Source: an uncultured Candidatus Babeliaceae bacterium (lineage in GTDB: Bacteria; Babelota; Babeliae; Babelales; Babelaceae). From it: a stretch of 64,000 bases of DNA. Of this stretch, positions 37,989 to 47,663 are shown in pieces. Under the pieces are notes generated by a model. The model was given only the letters and a program-made list of their open reading frames with translations. It was not told where the DNA came from and did no database searches. Both the position numbers and the translations under genes were made by a program. Position 1 is the first letter of the stretch. Every line of letters starts with the position of its first letter. The DNA lies in the NCBI GenBank assembly GCA_963704655.1, contig OY969927.1:992001-1056000 (forward strand). The letters run 5' to 3'.

Positions 37989-39767
37989 TTACGCCGTTTT
38001 TTTAGGTACAGGTATTTTTTTCAAACCATAATCTGCAAGTTTAGTGTCTTCTACCGGAGTAGGCGCATGCATCATAGGATCAGTAGCACTTTGTGTTTTT
38101 GGAAATGCTATTACTTCACGAATCGATTCTAAGTTTAATAAAAGCATAACTAAACGATCGATACCGAGCGCAATGCCACCATGTGGCGGGAAGCCAAGCT
38201 CTTGTGCTTCAAGCAAGAAACCAAAATGTTGCTTCATAGACCCTTCATGAAAACCTAGATAATTAAATATCTTTTGTTGCAATTCTGGAGTATGAATTCG
38301 AATAGATCCGCCACCAAGTTCGACACCATTAAGAACAATGTCATAAGCGCGTGCACGCATGTGCGCAGGCTCTTGTGATTCCCAACCCGCTTGCGGACTA
38401 GTAAATGGATGATGAACCGATGTCCATGATTTTGAATCTTTGTCATAATCAAGCAATGGAAAATTAACAACCCAATGTAAATTGAGCTTGCCTTCTGGAA
38501 TAAGTTTCAAAGCCGCACCAAGTTGTAAGCGTAATCTGCCCAACTGTGTCCATGCATCTTTATAAGGTCCGGCAACTAAAAAGACCGTACTGCCTGGTTT
38601 AAGATCAGGAATAATAGTTTTTAACTGTTTCATAAAATCGGCGGGTAAAAATTTAGCAATAGGTGCTTCAATGGTACCTTCGTGCGTAAAGCGTATCCAA
38701 ACGAGACCTTTTGCACCATTTTTAAGCGCACGGTTTACCCATGATTCAAGTTCCGATCGAGTGAAAGCGTAATCTTGAATATGTAAGGCACCAACTTTTC
38801 CATCTGCTTGAATAATAGATTTAATAAATGAAAGCTGTGTTTCTTTAAAAAGTTCAGTAACCTCATGAATCTTCATGCCAAAGCGAAGATCAGGCTTATC
38901 TGAACCATAATCACGCATAGCTTCGTCATAATCCATGCGCATTAACGGCAACTGAACATTAACATTAAACTGTGTTTTTAAAATATGGGCAAGTAAACCT
39001 TCTATAAGAGTTTGGATATCTGCTTCATTAATAAATGACATTTCAATATCAAGCTGTGTAAACTCTGGTTGACGGTCCGCACGCAAGTCTTCATCTCTAA
39101 AACAACGAGCGATTTGAAAATAACGTTCCATGCCACCGGCCATTAAAAGCTGTTTGTAAACTTGTGGCGACTGCGGTAACGCATAAAAACTACCCGTATG
39201 AATTCTAGATGGCACCAAGAACTCGCGGGCACCTTCTGCAGTATTTTTTGTTAAAATAGGGGTTTCAATTTCATAAAAGCCCTGCTTATCAAGAAAATCA
39301 CGCATAGCCAAAATAATCTTATGACGTATCTTAAGACGCTCATGTACTTCCGGTCTTCTTAGATCTAAGTAACGATATTCTAAACGTAGCTCTTCATCAA
39401 CGTTTTTTGCGTCTTCAAGATTAAAAGGTAATGTTTTAGATTTATTTAAAATCAGTAATTCAGTACCCTGCAGTTCAAATTCACCCGTAGAAAGCTCTTT
39501 ATTAACCGTTTCTTGCGAGCGATGAACTACCCTTCCCGTTACCTGTAAGACATATTCAGAGCGAACGTCATGGGCTATTTTGCGCGCATCTGCTGAAAAT
39601 TCTTGGCTAAAAACGATTTGCATAAGCCCGGTACGGTCACGAAGATCAATAAAGATCACGTTTCCATGATCGCGTCGACGATTAACCCAACCGCATAGTG
39701 TAATTGTTTTATCTAAAAATGAGCCTTCAACCTGCCCACAACCTGTAGATCTTTTAAAAAATTCCAT
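37989..39767 (-). CDS. aspS: Aspartate--tRNA ligase
   Basis: RRRDHG, LPQSPQ, FRDEDLRADRQPEFTQ, HHPFT, PPHGGIALGIDR. Confidence 0.98.
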   Translation of the reverse strand: MEFFKRSTGCGQVEGSFLDKTITLCGWVNRRRDHGNVIFIDLRDRTGLMQIVFSQEFSADARKIAHDVRSEYVLQVTGRVVHRSQETVNKELSTGEFELQGTELLILNKSKTLPFNLEDAKNVDEELRLEYRYLDLRRPEVHERLKIRHKIILAMRDFLDKQGFYEIETPILTKNTAEGAREFLVPSRIHTGSFYALPQSPQVYKQLLMAGGMERYFQIARCFRDEDLRADRQPEFTQLDIEMSFINEADIQTLIEGLLAHILKTQFNVNVQLPLMRMDYDEAMRDYGSDKPDLRFGMKIHEVTELFKETQLSFIKSIIQADGKVGALHIQDYAFTRSELESWVNRALKNGAKGLVWIRFTHEGTIEAPIAKFLPADFMKQLKTIIPDLKPGSTVFLVAGPYKDAWTQLGRLRLQLGAALKLIPEGKLNLHWVVNFPLLDYDKDSKSWTSVHHPFTSPQAGWESQEPAHMRARAYDIVLNGVELGGGSIRIHTPELQQKIFNYLGFHEGSMKQHFGFLLEAQELGFPPHGGIALGIDRLVMLLLNLESIREVIAFPKTQSATDPMMHAPTPVEDTKLADYGLKKIPVPKKTA

Positions 39768-39841
39768 AATTTACAACCATTTTATAAATAAAAAGTATCT
39801 TTTTTATTGTATCATAGCTATAAAATTACGCACGCAAAGAT

Positions 39842-39870
39842 AAAAAAGAGGCAAACTTTGCCTCTTTTTT
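39842..39870. terminator. Intrinsic terminator
   Basis: AAAAAAGAGGCAAA-C-TTTGCCTCTTTTTT. Confidence 0.8.
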
Positions 39871-39889
39871 TAGAAAATTAGAAAATTTA

Positions 39890-40081
39890 TTAAAATATTA
39901 CAATTGGCCCAAAAATGCCTGGGAAAAAGACCCCTGTCAGAATAGCTAAAAGAAAGAGGGCCACAAAGATAAAAAATAGGGTTTTGGAGATTTCAACAGC
40001 ACCATTTTTAATGCCAGAAAATCCAAATAAGCCTGCAACAACAGCGATAATTAAAAAAGCCGCAGCCCAATATAACAACAT
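39890..40081 (-). CDS. DUF1328 (YtjA-like) small membrane protein
   Basis: [20 protein letters not shown]...[12 protein letters not shown] pattern; GGAG RBS. Confidence 0.85.
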   Translation of the reverse strand: MLLYWAAAFLIIAVVAGLFGFSGIKNGAVEISKTLFFIFVALFLLAILTGVFFPGIFGPIVIF

Positions 40082-40090
40082 AATATCTCC

Positions 40091-40852
40091 TTAGTTTTGT
40101 TGTTTAGCTTCAATATACAATTTATTAATACCGATAATCACAATCATAGAACCCATGACGCAAAAAAGAAATAGTCCAAAAAATATCGTAATAGCAAGTG
40201 CTGAAAAAACCAATGATGCCCCAGGAAATGGTATTAAAAATGCAGCCAAGGCTAATGACAGCAATGCTGCAAACAACAAACCAATCACCATAAGAAAAAT
40301 TAAAATAAAAAAACGCATCATAACCCAAAATGTTTTTTTTAAATAATTCCAGGACAATGAAAAAACTTCAGTTAATGAGGTATATCCATCGGCCAAAAGT
40401 TGGGGGACATAACAAAATGCAATAAATGTGACAAGCCATAAAGGCGAATTACTCACAAAGGCGCATAGCAAATAAACAGGAACTACCCACAAAATAGAAC
40501 TACATATCGTTAATGCGCGTTTTAGTGAATCGCCTACAGTAGCTTGAGAACCTTTTAGAAGATCCTGAATATAAACAGTAAGCCCAAGCGACACCACAAC
40601 AACTGCAAATGAAAAAAGAACCATTAAACAGATGGCAAAAAATGAACCGAAGACTACCCCAAAAACGGTACTTACTATCGTTGGTAAGCTAAAGGTAACA
40701 AGCGATAACGTTCCAACACTAATAGCCAAAAGAAGAACACCTATTATAGCGACTATTACCGGCAAAAAATAAATAAATCCATAAAAAAACAAAAGAGGAT
40801 TATTTATTAAAAAATTAAAACTGTCACTTAAAAGCTTACGTGCACCAATCAT
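40091..40852 (-). CDS. Multi-pass membrane protein
   Basis: About six hydrophobic helices. Confidence 0.75.
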   Translation of the reverse strand: MIGARKLLSDSFNFLINNPLLFFYGFIYFLPVIVAIIGVLLLAISVGTLSLVTFSLPTIVSTVFGVVFGSFFAICLMVLFSFAVVVVSLGLTVYIQDLLKGSQATVGDSLKRALTICSSILWVVPVYLLCAFVSNSPLWLVTFIAFCYVPQLLADGYTSLTEVFSLSWNYLKKTFWVMMRFFILIFLMVIGLLFAALLSLALAAFLIPFPGASLVFSALAITIFFGLFLFCVMGSMIVIIGINKLYIEAKQQN

Positions 40853-40934
40853 AACCTACCCCTCTTTTAACTTGTTTTCTTTAAGACTAGTATAATATAC
40901 TATTTGTAACAAAGAAAGAGTTTGTGAGGAAATT

Positions 40935-42428
40935 ATGAAATACAAGAAAATTTATTTAACAGCACTACTATTTTTTAGTGTAGTAATTATTTCTCAAGAA
41001 CAAGATTTCAATTCAAAAAAGATCGGTTTGTCACTATTAAACCTGCCAGCCGTTACCTCTGAAAATATTATTCAAACAACACAGTTTCGAAAATCCCGTC
41101 CAGATAATGAATCATTTGATACTGAATCGCCAGATGCTGGATCTGTAGAATCTTGGCATAATTCAACACAAACACGTAAGCCATTAGACATAGATACACC
41201 ACGTACATCATATAAAAATTTCTCTTTATATCTGGATGAATTTATACATAAACAAAAAGGGTTTCTTAATGCAACAGCTTGGATTAATACAAAAGTAGAT
41301 ACAGAAGACCCTCGCCTAAAAAATAGCTTCATACCTGATTATATACGTCCTTGTATTTTAAAATTCGAAACGCGGCCAGATTCACATATTTTTCTATGGG
41401 GAGATTTACATGGCGATGTTAAAACACTCAGCTCTTGCCTGTATAAATTGTATCAAGACAAGATTATTGATAATAATTTTACTATTCTTAAATCAAACTG
41501 CTATTTCTTCTTTTTAGGAGATATGGTAGATCGCGGGCAACATGGAATCGATACACTTGCGTTGCTTTTTATCTTTGCAACTAAAAATCCAGGCAAAGTA
41601 TTTCTTATTCGTGGCAATCATGAAGATTTAACACTTAATAAACAAGAATATTATGAAAATAATCAAGTCTTAACCCATTTTTACAAGCAGCTCAAAATAT
41701 TTTCTACTTTCAATCTTAAAGGTGAACAAGAATTTAATACATTAATTAACAATTTAGTACTTTTTTATAACTTATTACCTGTAGCAGCTTTTGTTGGTTG
41801 CAATAACAATTATGTTCAATGTTGCCATGGTGGTCTTGAATATCGATATAACCCAGAAAAATTATTAAATAATTCACATTATACAGCACTTGAAGCTATT
41901 ACCTCGTTACCCTTACCTGCAGAGTTAAAAAAACAAGAATACTGGGATTCACTTAAGGTAGACTCTGTTTCATGTTTTGGTCAGATTAGAGACATTAAAC
42001 CTAATAATATTAAAACATTTGACCTGGGTTTTTTATGGAACGATTTTAATGCTAAAAACACCTATGATACCTATTGTCGACCAGAACGTGGCATCATGAT
42101 GGGCAAATTATTTGCAGAAAAAATATTTGAATCCTATAGCAAAAAAAATGCGCAAATCAAAGGAATTATCCGCGCACATCAACACAACCCTTCTATGCCT
42201 GGTATTCTTAACCCTCAAAATACGGGCATATTTAGTTTATGGAACAACCAGGTATTTACGACTATTGCAACAAGTATGTTTATCGGCTCTATGACATTTA
42301 TTGAACTTATTACTCAAAATGATTTTAGTAAATGGATGATGAAAAATTATAATCTCGGTTCAGAAGATAGCGATTGGATAGAAAGAGAGAATACTTTAAG
42401 TAATTGGCAAAATATCGTGATAGAATAA
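40935..42428 (+). CDS. Secreted PPP-family Ser/Thr protein phosphatase
   Basis: Signal peptide; GDLHG, GDMVDRG, RGNHE, HGG, LWND, RAHQ. Confidence 0.88.
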   Translation: MKYKKIYLTALLFFSVVIISQEQDFNSKKIGLSLLNLPAVTSENIIQTTQFRKSRPDNESFDTESPDAGSVESWHNSTQTRKPLDIDTPRTSYKNFSLYLDEFIHKQKGFLNATAWINTKVDTEDPRLKNSFIPDYIRPCILKFETRPDSHIFLWGDLHGDVKTLSSCLYKLYQDKIIDNNFTILKSNCYFFFLGDMVDRGQHGIDTLALLFIFATKNPGKVFLIRGNHEDLTLNKQEYYENNQVLTHFYKQLKIFSTFNLKGEQEFNTLINNLVLFYNLLPVAAFVGCNNNYVQCCHGGLEYRYNPEKLLNNSHYTALEAITSLPLPAELKKQEYWDSLKVDSVSCFGQIRDIKPNNIKTFDLGFLWNDFNAKNTYDTYCRPERGIMMGKLFAEKIFESYSKKNAQIKGIIRAHQHNPSMPGILNPQNTGIFSLWNNQVFTTIATSMFIGSMTFIELITQNDFSKWMMKNYNLGSEDSDWIERENTLSNWQNIVIE

Positions 42429-42435
42429 TAATCGT

Positions 42436-43788
42436 ATGACGAGCAATTTTTTATCACTCACTTTTATTTTCAGCACACTATGTGCAGATTATATACCAAC
42501 TGATCCACAAACGGTTACAGACTGGTATGCATGCACAAAAAATATCACAGCATTAACAAATTCCCAACCGCTTATTAGTTATGCGCAATTCATAACAACA
42601 ATTAATCAATTTATTGAACATCAAATTAACATCATAAACAAAACAAGATGGTTTGGTAAAAAAGTTGAAGCATACAACCCTACTTTTAACACCTTGTATA
42701 ACCCTTCTGCTATAAAACCATACGTAGGGAAGTTAAAACTTGCGCAAGCTACAGAAGTTTTTTATTGGGGTGATTTGCATGGCGATATACAAGCATTAAC
42801 GTATTCACTCTATAAACTTTACCAAGATGGCGTTATCGACAATAACTTAAAGATAAGGTCTACGTATGTTTATTTTTTATTTTTAGGCGATTTAGTTGAC
42901 CGCGGTTTGCACGGCGCAGAAGTTATGACGCTACTTTTTAGTTTAGCACTTAAAAACCCTGAACAAGTTATAATTATTCGTGGAAATCACGAGGATCTTT
43001 ACCAAAATATGAATATGGGCGGCCCACACTTTCTGGAAGATCTTTTAAGAATTTCAGGTTTTGAATATGGATCAACCGAATGTGTGGATCTTCTCAACAA
43101 CATCAACCAACTTTATAACATCTTGCCTGTTGCATGTTTTGTCGGCTGTAATAACGACTATCTTCAATGTTGCCACGGTGGTCTTGAATGCCGATACAAC
43201 CCACGAGACTTTTTAAATTCTTTGGCGGACCGATCATTTCATGCTATCACCGAACTTATCAAACCAGAAAGTTTTAATCTAAATAATCCGTATTTTTGGC
43301 ACGAGCTAGCAGTGGATATATCTTGTAACGCGCTTTTTAAAAATATTTCTAGCGGACACATTAAGACGTATCATTTGGGCTTTTTGTGGAACGATTTCAA
43401 TGCGCACCCAGACGAATTTCAAGCATTATTTTCAATTCAAAACAAAGGCAATAGATTTTCTATTGGCCTAACACTTTTCCAAGAAACATTAAAACTATAC
43501 AATACAGGCAATGCTCGTGTTCGTGGATTTATCCGTGCCCATCAGCACAATGACACAATGCCTGGACTTCTAGACCCACGCAATAAGGGATTGTTCGCGA
43601 TCTGGGATAATCAAATACTTACCACCGTTTCAACATCACAATTCGGAACACCTATATCTTTTTTAAAACTTACCCTTGATAATAATTATGATAATTGGCT
43701 CATAACACACTATAATTTCAATCACAAAAAACAATCTTGGCTTATAAGAAAGTCTCGCAAGCAAGATTGGCAAAATGCTATAAGATAG
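42436..43788 (+). CDS. Secreted PPP-family Ser/Thr protein phosphatase (paralog)
   Basis: Signal-like N-terminus; GDLHG, GDLVDRG, RGNHE, HGG, LWND, RAHQ. Confidence 0.88.
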   Translation: MTSNFLSLTFIFSTLCADYIPTDPQTVTDWYACTKNITALTNSQPLISYAQFITTINQFIEHQINIINKTRWFGKKVEAYNPTFNTLYNPSAIKPYVGKLKLAQATEVFYWGDLHGDIQALTYSLYKLYQDGVIDNNLKIRSTYVYFLFLGDLVDRGLHGAEVMTLLFSLALKNPEQVIIIRGNHEDLYQNMNMGGPHFLEDLLRISGFEYGSTECVDLLNNINQLYNILPVACFVGCNNDYLQCCHGGLECRYNPRDFLNSLADRSFHAITELIKPESFNLNNPYFWHELAVDISCNALFKNISSGHIKTYHLGFLWNDFNAHPDEFQALFSIQNKGNRFSIGLTLFQETLKLYNTGNARVRGFIRAHQHNDTMPGLLDPRNKGLFAIWDNQILTTVSTSQFGTPISFLKLTLDNNYDNWLITHYNFNHKKQSWLIRKSRKQDWQNAIR

Positions 43789-43795
43789 CGAAGGG

Positions 43796-44014
43796 CTACT
43801 TCTTCGTTTTCTTGCCAGCCTTTTGCGTATTATTATTCAAAAGCTGTGATCTTAAAACCTTTGCATAACACTTCTTAAAGAGTTCAGCGTCTCGAGGTGT
43901 CTTGAACTTCAATACTTCTGGTTCTTTATCATCTTGATTCACATTTGGCGCCATGCACTGGCTAGAGCATACCCCAAGAAAGGCCATCAAAAGTATTATT
44001 ATAACCTTTTTCAT
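43796..44014 (-). CDS. Small secreted hypothetical protein
   Basis: Signal peptide MKKVIIILLMAFLGVC; basic C-terminus. Confidence 0.6.
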   Translation of the reverse strand: MKKVIIILLMAFLGVCSSQCMAPNVNQDDKEPEVLKFKTPRDAELFKKCYAKVLRSQLLNNNTQKAGKKTKK

Positions 44015-44027
44015 ATAATTCTTTCAT

Positions 44028-44062
44028 AAAAAAAGCCATTTAATTTCTTAAATGGCTTTTTT
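44028..44062. terminator. Intrinsic terminator
   Basis: AAAAAAGCCATTTAA...TTAAATGGCTTTTTT. Confidence 0.8.
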
Positions 44063-44086
44063 GTTAATAAATATTTTTTAAATTAA

Positions 44087-44323
44087 TTACTTATTGTTTT
44101 TATGATCGTCGTTGTTATCGCCATGTGGGCAATTATCTTTGTCGCAACATGCAATTTCTTCATCAAACTGGCATCCGCAAGGATCACATTCACATGGGCT
44201 ACACGTGCATGAATTATTCTTACATGTTCTTTCTTCTGCGCGAGCAGGTGTTGCTGTATCTTCAGCAAAAATCGGTAATGCAAAAACTGAAAATAACAAA
44301 ACTAATACAACCAATTTCTTCAT
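44087..44323 (-). CDS. Small secreted Cys-rich (metallothionein-like) protein
   Basis: AAGGGA RBS; signal peptide; 10 Cys in the mature part; terminator downstream. Confidence 0.7.
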   Translation of the reverse strand: MKKLVVLVLLFSVFALPIFAEDTATPARAEERTCKNNSCTCSPCECDPCGCQFDEEIACCDKDNCPHGDNNDDHKNNK

Positions 44324-44378
44324 AAAACTATCCCTTAAGTTTGAACATAACTACTTAACGATATCAAGTATATATACG

Positions 44379-46373
44379 TTAGAACCTATATTCAAGGCCA
44401 AGGTTCATGAAAAACGCAACATGATTATTTGAGAATAAAACACGTTCGCCTATAAAACCAGTTTTTTCATACCTATCAATTGCACTTTTTTGATCTTTAG
44501 TAATCGGCCTGCCTTTAATGTCATCATAATAACTTCCAGGAAAGAACAATGCGCCAACAAAGAATAGTTTAAAATCCTGTGCAAGCATGATGTCACCAAA
44601 GAAGTTTCCTTCAAGCCCAAGCCATTGGCGTGCATTTTTACTGGTGGTTACACCATTTACACGATCAAATATTTTTAGAGGAAACTCTTGCCAATAACTA
44701 ATAATATTTGGCATTACCGTCCATGGCATCTCAAAGAATTTACCCTTGATTTCAAAACTAGGGCCAACATAAATAATATTATTAAAACGAGTAATTAAAT
44801 TTGCTGTAGGGTCAGTTAGATTCAAAGATGCAAAGTTGCTAATTCTTGGCACTTTAGCAGAACCATTTAATAAGAAAGCACTTTTAACTAAAGAACCTTG
44901 GTATACTTCCTGCAAACTGATAAAACCGCGATAATCACCGTCTTTATTACTTTCGCCCAAACCTTCGATATCACGATTTGGATTTACATCGCCAGTTGCA
45001 TAACCAAGCTCAACAGCAAAACGCCAGTTTGGCGCAAAACGATACCCTAAATCTGTAACAAACATAAAACCTGAATATGAATTAGTGTACGGATTAGTGA
45101 AACGGTTATTGGTATTCTGCAAATTTGTTTCATCAATTTGCTGACCATTATATTGTTCACCACGCGGCGCGCTATTAATAATAGTTTGATTTGCAGGTAT
45201 AGAGACTGCTTTTTTACCAGCAATATCACTACCCTGTGTTGCTACCGCAGTAACCTCACTATTTACAATAGTAATAACACCACTTCTATTCTCAATAGTA
45301 ACAATATTACGGTCCCAGCCTTTAACTACCTGACGACCTAAGTTTCTTGCACATTCAAAATCAAATATAAAACCATTATACTCAGAGTTTAATGCAAAAC
45401 CTATAGTACCCAATTTTGATTCAGCATCTCCTACAAATTCAATGCGCTGCTCTGCTTGCCTGTCATACAAAAAGTATGGTTCAAGATGGAATTTTTTATT
45501 ACGATCATCAACCGGCTTCCAAGTAATTCGGCCAGCTAGTAAATAATCGATTTTACCAAAACCACGCGCTGGGTCACAAACTCTGCTTTCACCAACAGAG
45601 TCAAACTCTTGACCTTGTGTTGCAAGATTAACATTGGTAAAGGTATCTGAACGATTTCTTAAAATCGCAGCATATACATCATAAGAAAGATAATTTGGTA
45701 AAACCAGATTGCCAGAAAGCTTAAAACCTGGGGCAAATTGATCGATACCCACCATAGGTGTATACCCAAGAATATCAGGATCTGTCGCATAAGCACTTCC
45801 TAATGAAATACCACGACCTAATTCAAAAGGGAAGAAACCCATAGTGAACTTATGATTATACGTATTTGGTTGATTAAATATCCCCTCAAGAGAAACATCC
45901 ATCCATAATTCACGCATCCATAAAATATACCGATTGACTGGATGAGTGTGAACGCCAAATACCGCGTCACTTAATTTAAGTGGTGCAGGACCTGTTGATG
46001 CTATACTTTCTGGAGCACCCCATGTTCCACGGGTACGAATAGTCGTTTTTAACCTAACTACCTCATATCCACGACTTGGCTTTCCAAGGCCGTAACCCAT
46101 ACTAAAATCTATAGTATGTTTTGCGGGTATTAAAACTTGATCCAAAGGGTCTGGAGAAAACTGCTGAATACCTTTACCATAAAATGCTTCAACACGAAAT
46201 CGAGTTGCAAATTCTAATACGCTATCACCAAATTCCCATCTAAAAGGGGACTTTTTTAATGGCTGAATAATCATTTCTTCTTTGAGATTTTCACAAATCG
46301 GCGCATCTGCGGTTATATTTTTAGTTATAAACAAGAAAGTGAAAATAAGAAAAAACGGCACGTACCGTTTCAT
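44379..46373 (-). CDS. Putative outer-membrane beta-barrel protein
   Basis: Signal peptide, amphipathic aromatic beta-strands, C-terminal LGLEYRF beta-signal. Confidence 0.75.
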   Translation of the reverse strand: MKRYVPFFLIFTFLFITKNITADAPICENLKEEMIIQPLKKSPFRWEFGDSVLEFATRFRVEAFYGKGIQQFSPDPLDQVLIPAKHTIDFSMGYGLGKPSRGYEVVRLKTTIRTRGTWGAPESIASTGPAPLKLSDAVFGVHTHPVNRYILWMRELWMDVSLEGIFNQPNTYNHKFTMGFFPFELGRGISLGSAYATDPDILGYTPMVGIDQFAPGFKLSGNLVLPNYLSYDVYAAILRNRSDTFTNVNLATQGQEFDSVGESRVCDPARGFGKIDYLLAGRITWKPVDDRNKKFHLEPYFLYDRQAEQRIEFVGDAESKLGTIGFALNSEYNGFIFDFECARNLGRQVVKGWDRNIVTIENRSGVITIVNSEVTAVATQGSDIAGKKAVSIPANQTIINSAPRGEQYNGQQIDETNLQNTNNRFTNPYTNSYSGFMFVTDLGYRFAPNWRFAVELGYATGDVNPNRDIEGLGESNKDGDYRGFISLQEVYQGSLVKSAFLLNGSAKVPRISNFASLNLTDPTANLITRFNNIIYVGPSFEIKGKFFEMPWTVMPNIISYWQEFPLKIFDRVNGVTTSKNARQWLGLEGNFFGDIMLAQDFKLFFVGALFFPGSYYDDIKGRPITKDQKSAIDRYEKTGFIGERVLFSNNHVAFFMNLGLEYRF

Positions 46374-46551
46374 AAAAACTCCTGGGATCTTAGAAATTGT
46401 AAGAATTTATCAATTTCACCAAACTTTTTAATGTACAGTGAAGGTAAATGCTATGAAATTATGTAATATTTATACTATTTGTAATCTAATAGATTTGCTT
46501 AATTTGTCAACTCATTTATACTCAATTTTCTTTATAAATAAAGGGATTTTC

Positions 46552-47412
46552 ATGAATAAATTATCAAAGCCATTACTGGGAGTGCATATTTCTGTTGCAG
46601 GGGGACTTTACCATGCAATAAACACCGCGCAAGAGCTTGATTGCACAGCGGTTCAGATATTTACTCATTCCAATAGACAGTGGGAATTCAAATTGCCTAC
46701 ACAAGAGGCTGTAAAAGAGTTTATTGATGCCCAAAAAAATTCATCCGTTGAAACGGTCGTGGTACACGCCAGCTATTTAATGAACCCAGCATCACCCGAG
46801 CAACCAAGTAGAAAAAAAGCTCTTCATATGCTCAAGATGGAACTGCAAGTATGTTCACTATTAAAAGTTCCTTATCTTGTCTTACACCCCGGTTCTCGAC
46901 TCGATTCAGAACTAAAAACCGCCTTAAAGAATTGTGCGGATACGATAAACCAAGCATTAGAAATCACAGGTAACGCAAAGATTTTACTTGAAAATATGGC
47001 AGGCCAAGGATCAGTTATTGGTTCAACCCTTGAAGAACTTCAAGAAATATATCACCATATAGAACAAAAAGGACGCGTAGGGTTTTGTTTTGACACGTGC
47101 CATGGCTTTGCCGCAGGCTACGATTTTACCACGCAAGAAGCCTACACGACGTTTTGGAAAAAATTTGATAACCTTCTTGATATAAAAAAATTACACGTTA
47201 TTCATGTAAACGATTCTCTTAAACCCTTTGAATCACGCGTAGATAGACATACAGATATTGGCAAAGGCAAAATTACACTAGAAGCATTTAAACTTATTAT
47301 GAATGATGAAAAATTCAAAAAAGTTGCAAAGATTTTAGAAACACCCAAAGGATTAGGCCTGGAAGAGGATAAAGAAAATTTATCTTTATTGCGATCATTA
47401 ATAAGAAAATAG
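46552..47412 (+). CDS. nfo: Endonuclease IV
   Basis: GVHISVAGG, HASYLMN, HPG, ENMAG, DTCH, HVNDS, DRH, LETP; start reset to MNKLSK. Confidence 0.96.
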   Translation: MNKLSKPLLGVHISVAGGLYHAINTAQELDCTAVQIFTHSNRQWEFKLPTQEAVKEFIDAQKNSSVETVVVHASYLMNPASPEQPSRKKALHMLKMELQVCSLLKVPYLVLHPGSRLDSELKTALKNCADTINQALEITGNAKILLENMAGQGSVIGSTLEELQEIYHHIEQKGRVGFCFDTCHGFAAGYDFTTQEAYTTFWKKFDNLLDIKKLHVIHVNDSLKPFESRVDRHTDIGKGKITLEAFKLIMNDEKFKKVAKILETPKGLGLEEDKENLSLLRSLIRK

Positions 47413-47425
47413 AATAAAAATAGTA

Positions 47426-47449
47426 TGCGCCTTTACAAACATAAGGCGC
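47426..47449. terminator. Hairpin after nfo (possible terminator)
   Basis: TGCGCCTT...AAGGCGCA. Confidence 0.45.
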
Positions 47450-47482
47450 ACACCTTATAAAAAGCAGTGCTTACGGAAACTT

Positions 47483-47523
47483 TGTTGATTATTACCCAGA
47501 AGGAGCAAGGGTAATAATCAACA
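47483..47523. other. Perfect 15-bp hairpin with AGAAGGAGCAA loop (candidate sRNA element)
   Basis: TGTTGATTATTACCC / GGGTAATAATCAACA. Confidence 0.5.
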
Positions 47524-47606
47524 GATGTTACTTCAAAAGCTTCTCTAAGTTTTTCATGATTTTAATAAAAAACAACAAAAAATATCTGTGCATGGAAAAT
47601 AGCAAC

Positions 47607-47635
47607 AAAAAAACCCCGTAATTACGGGGTTTTTT
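47607..47635. terminator. Bidirectional terminator
   Basis: AAAAAAACCCCGTAATTACGGGGTTTTTT. Confidence 0.88.
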
Positions 47636-47663
47636 AAATTAATCTGTTGCAATAAAGTAAAAA

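Noticed and set aside
44083-44432. Alternative overlapping ORFs around the Cys-rich gene
   Set aside because: Only 44087..44323 has RBS, signal peptide and downstream terminator
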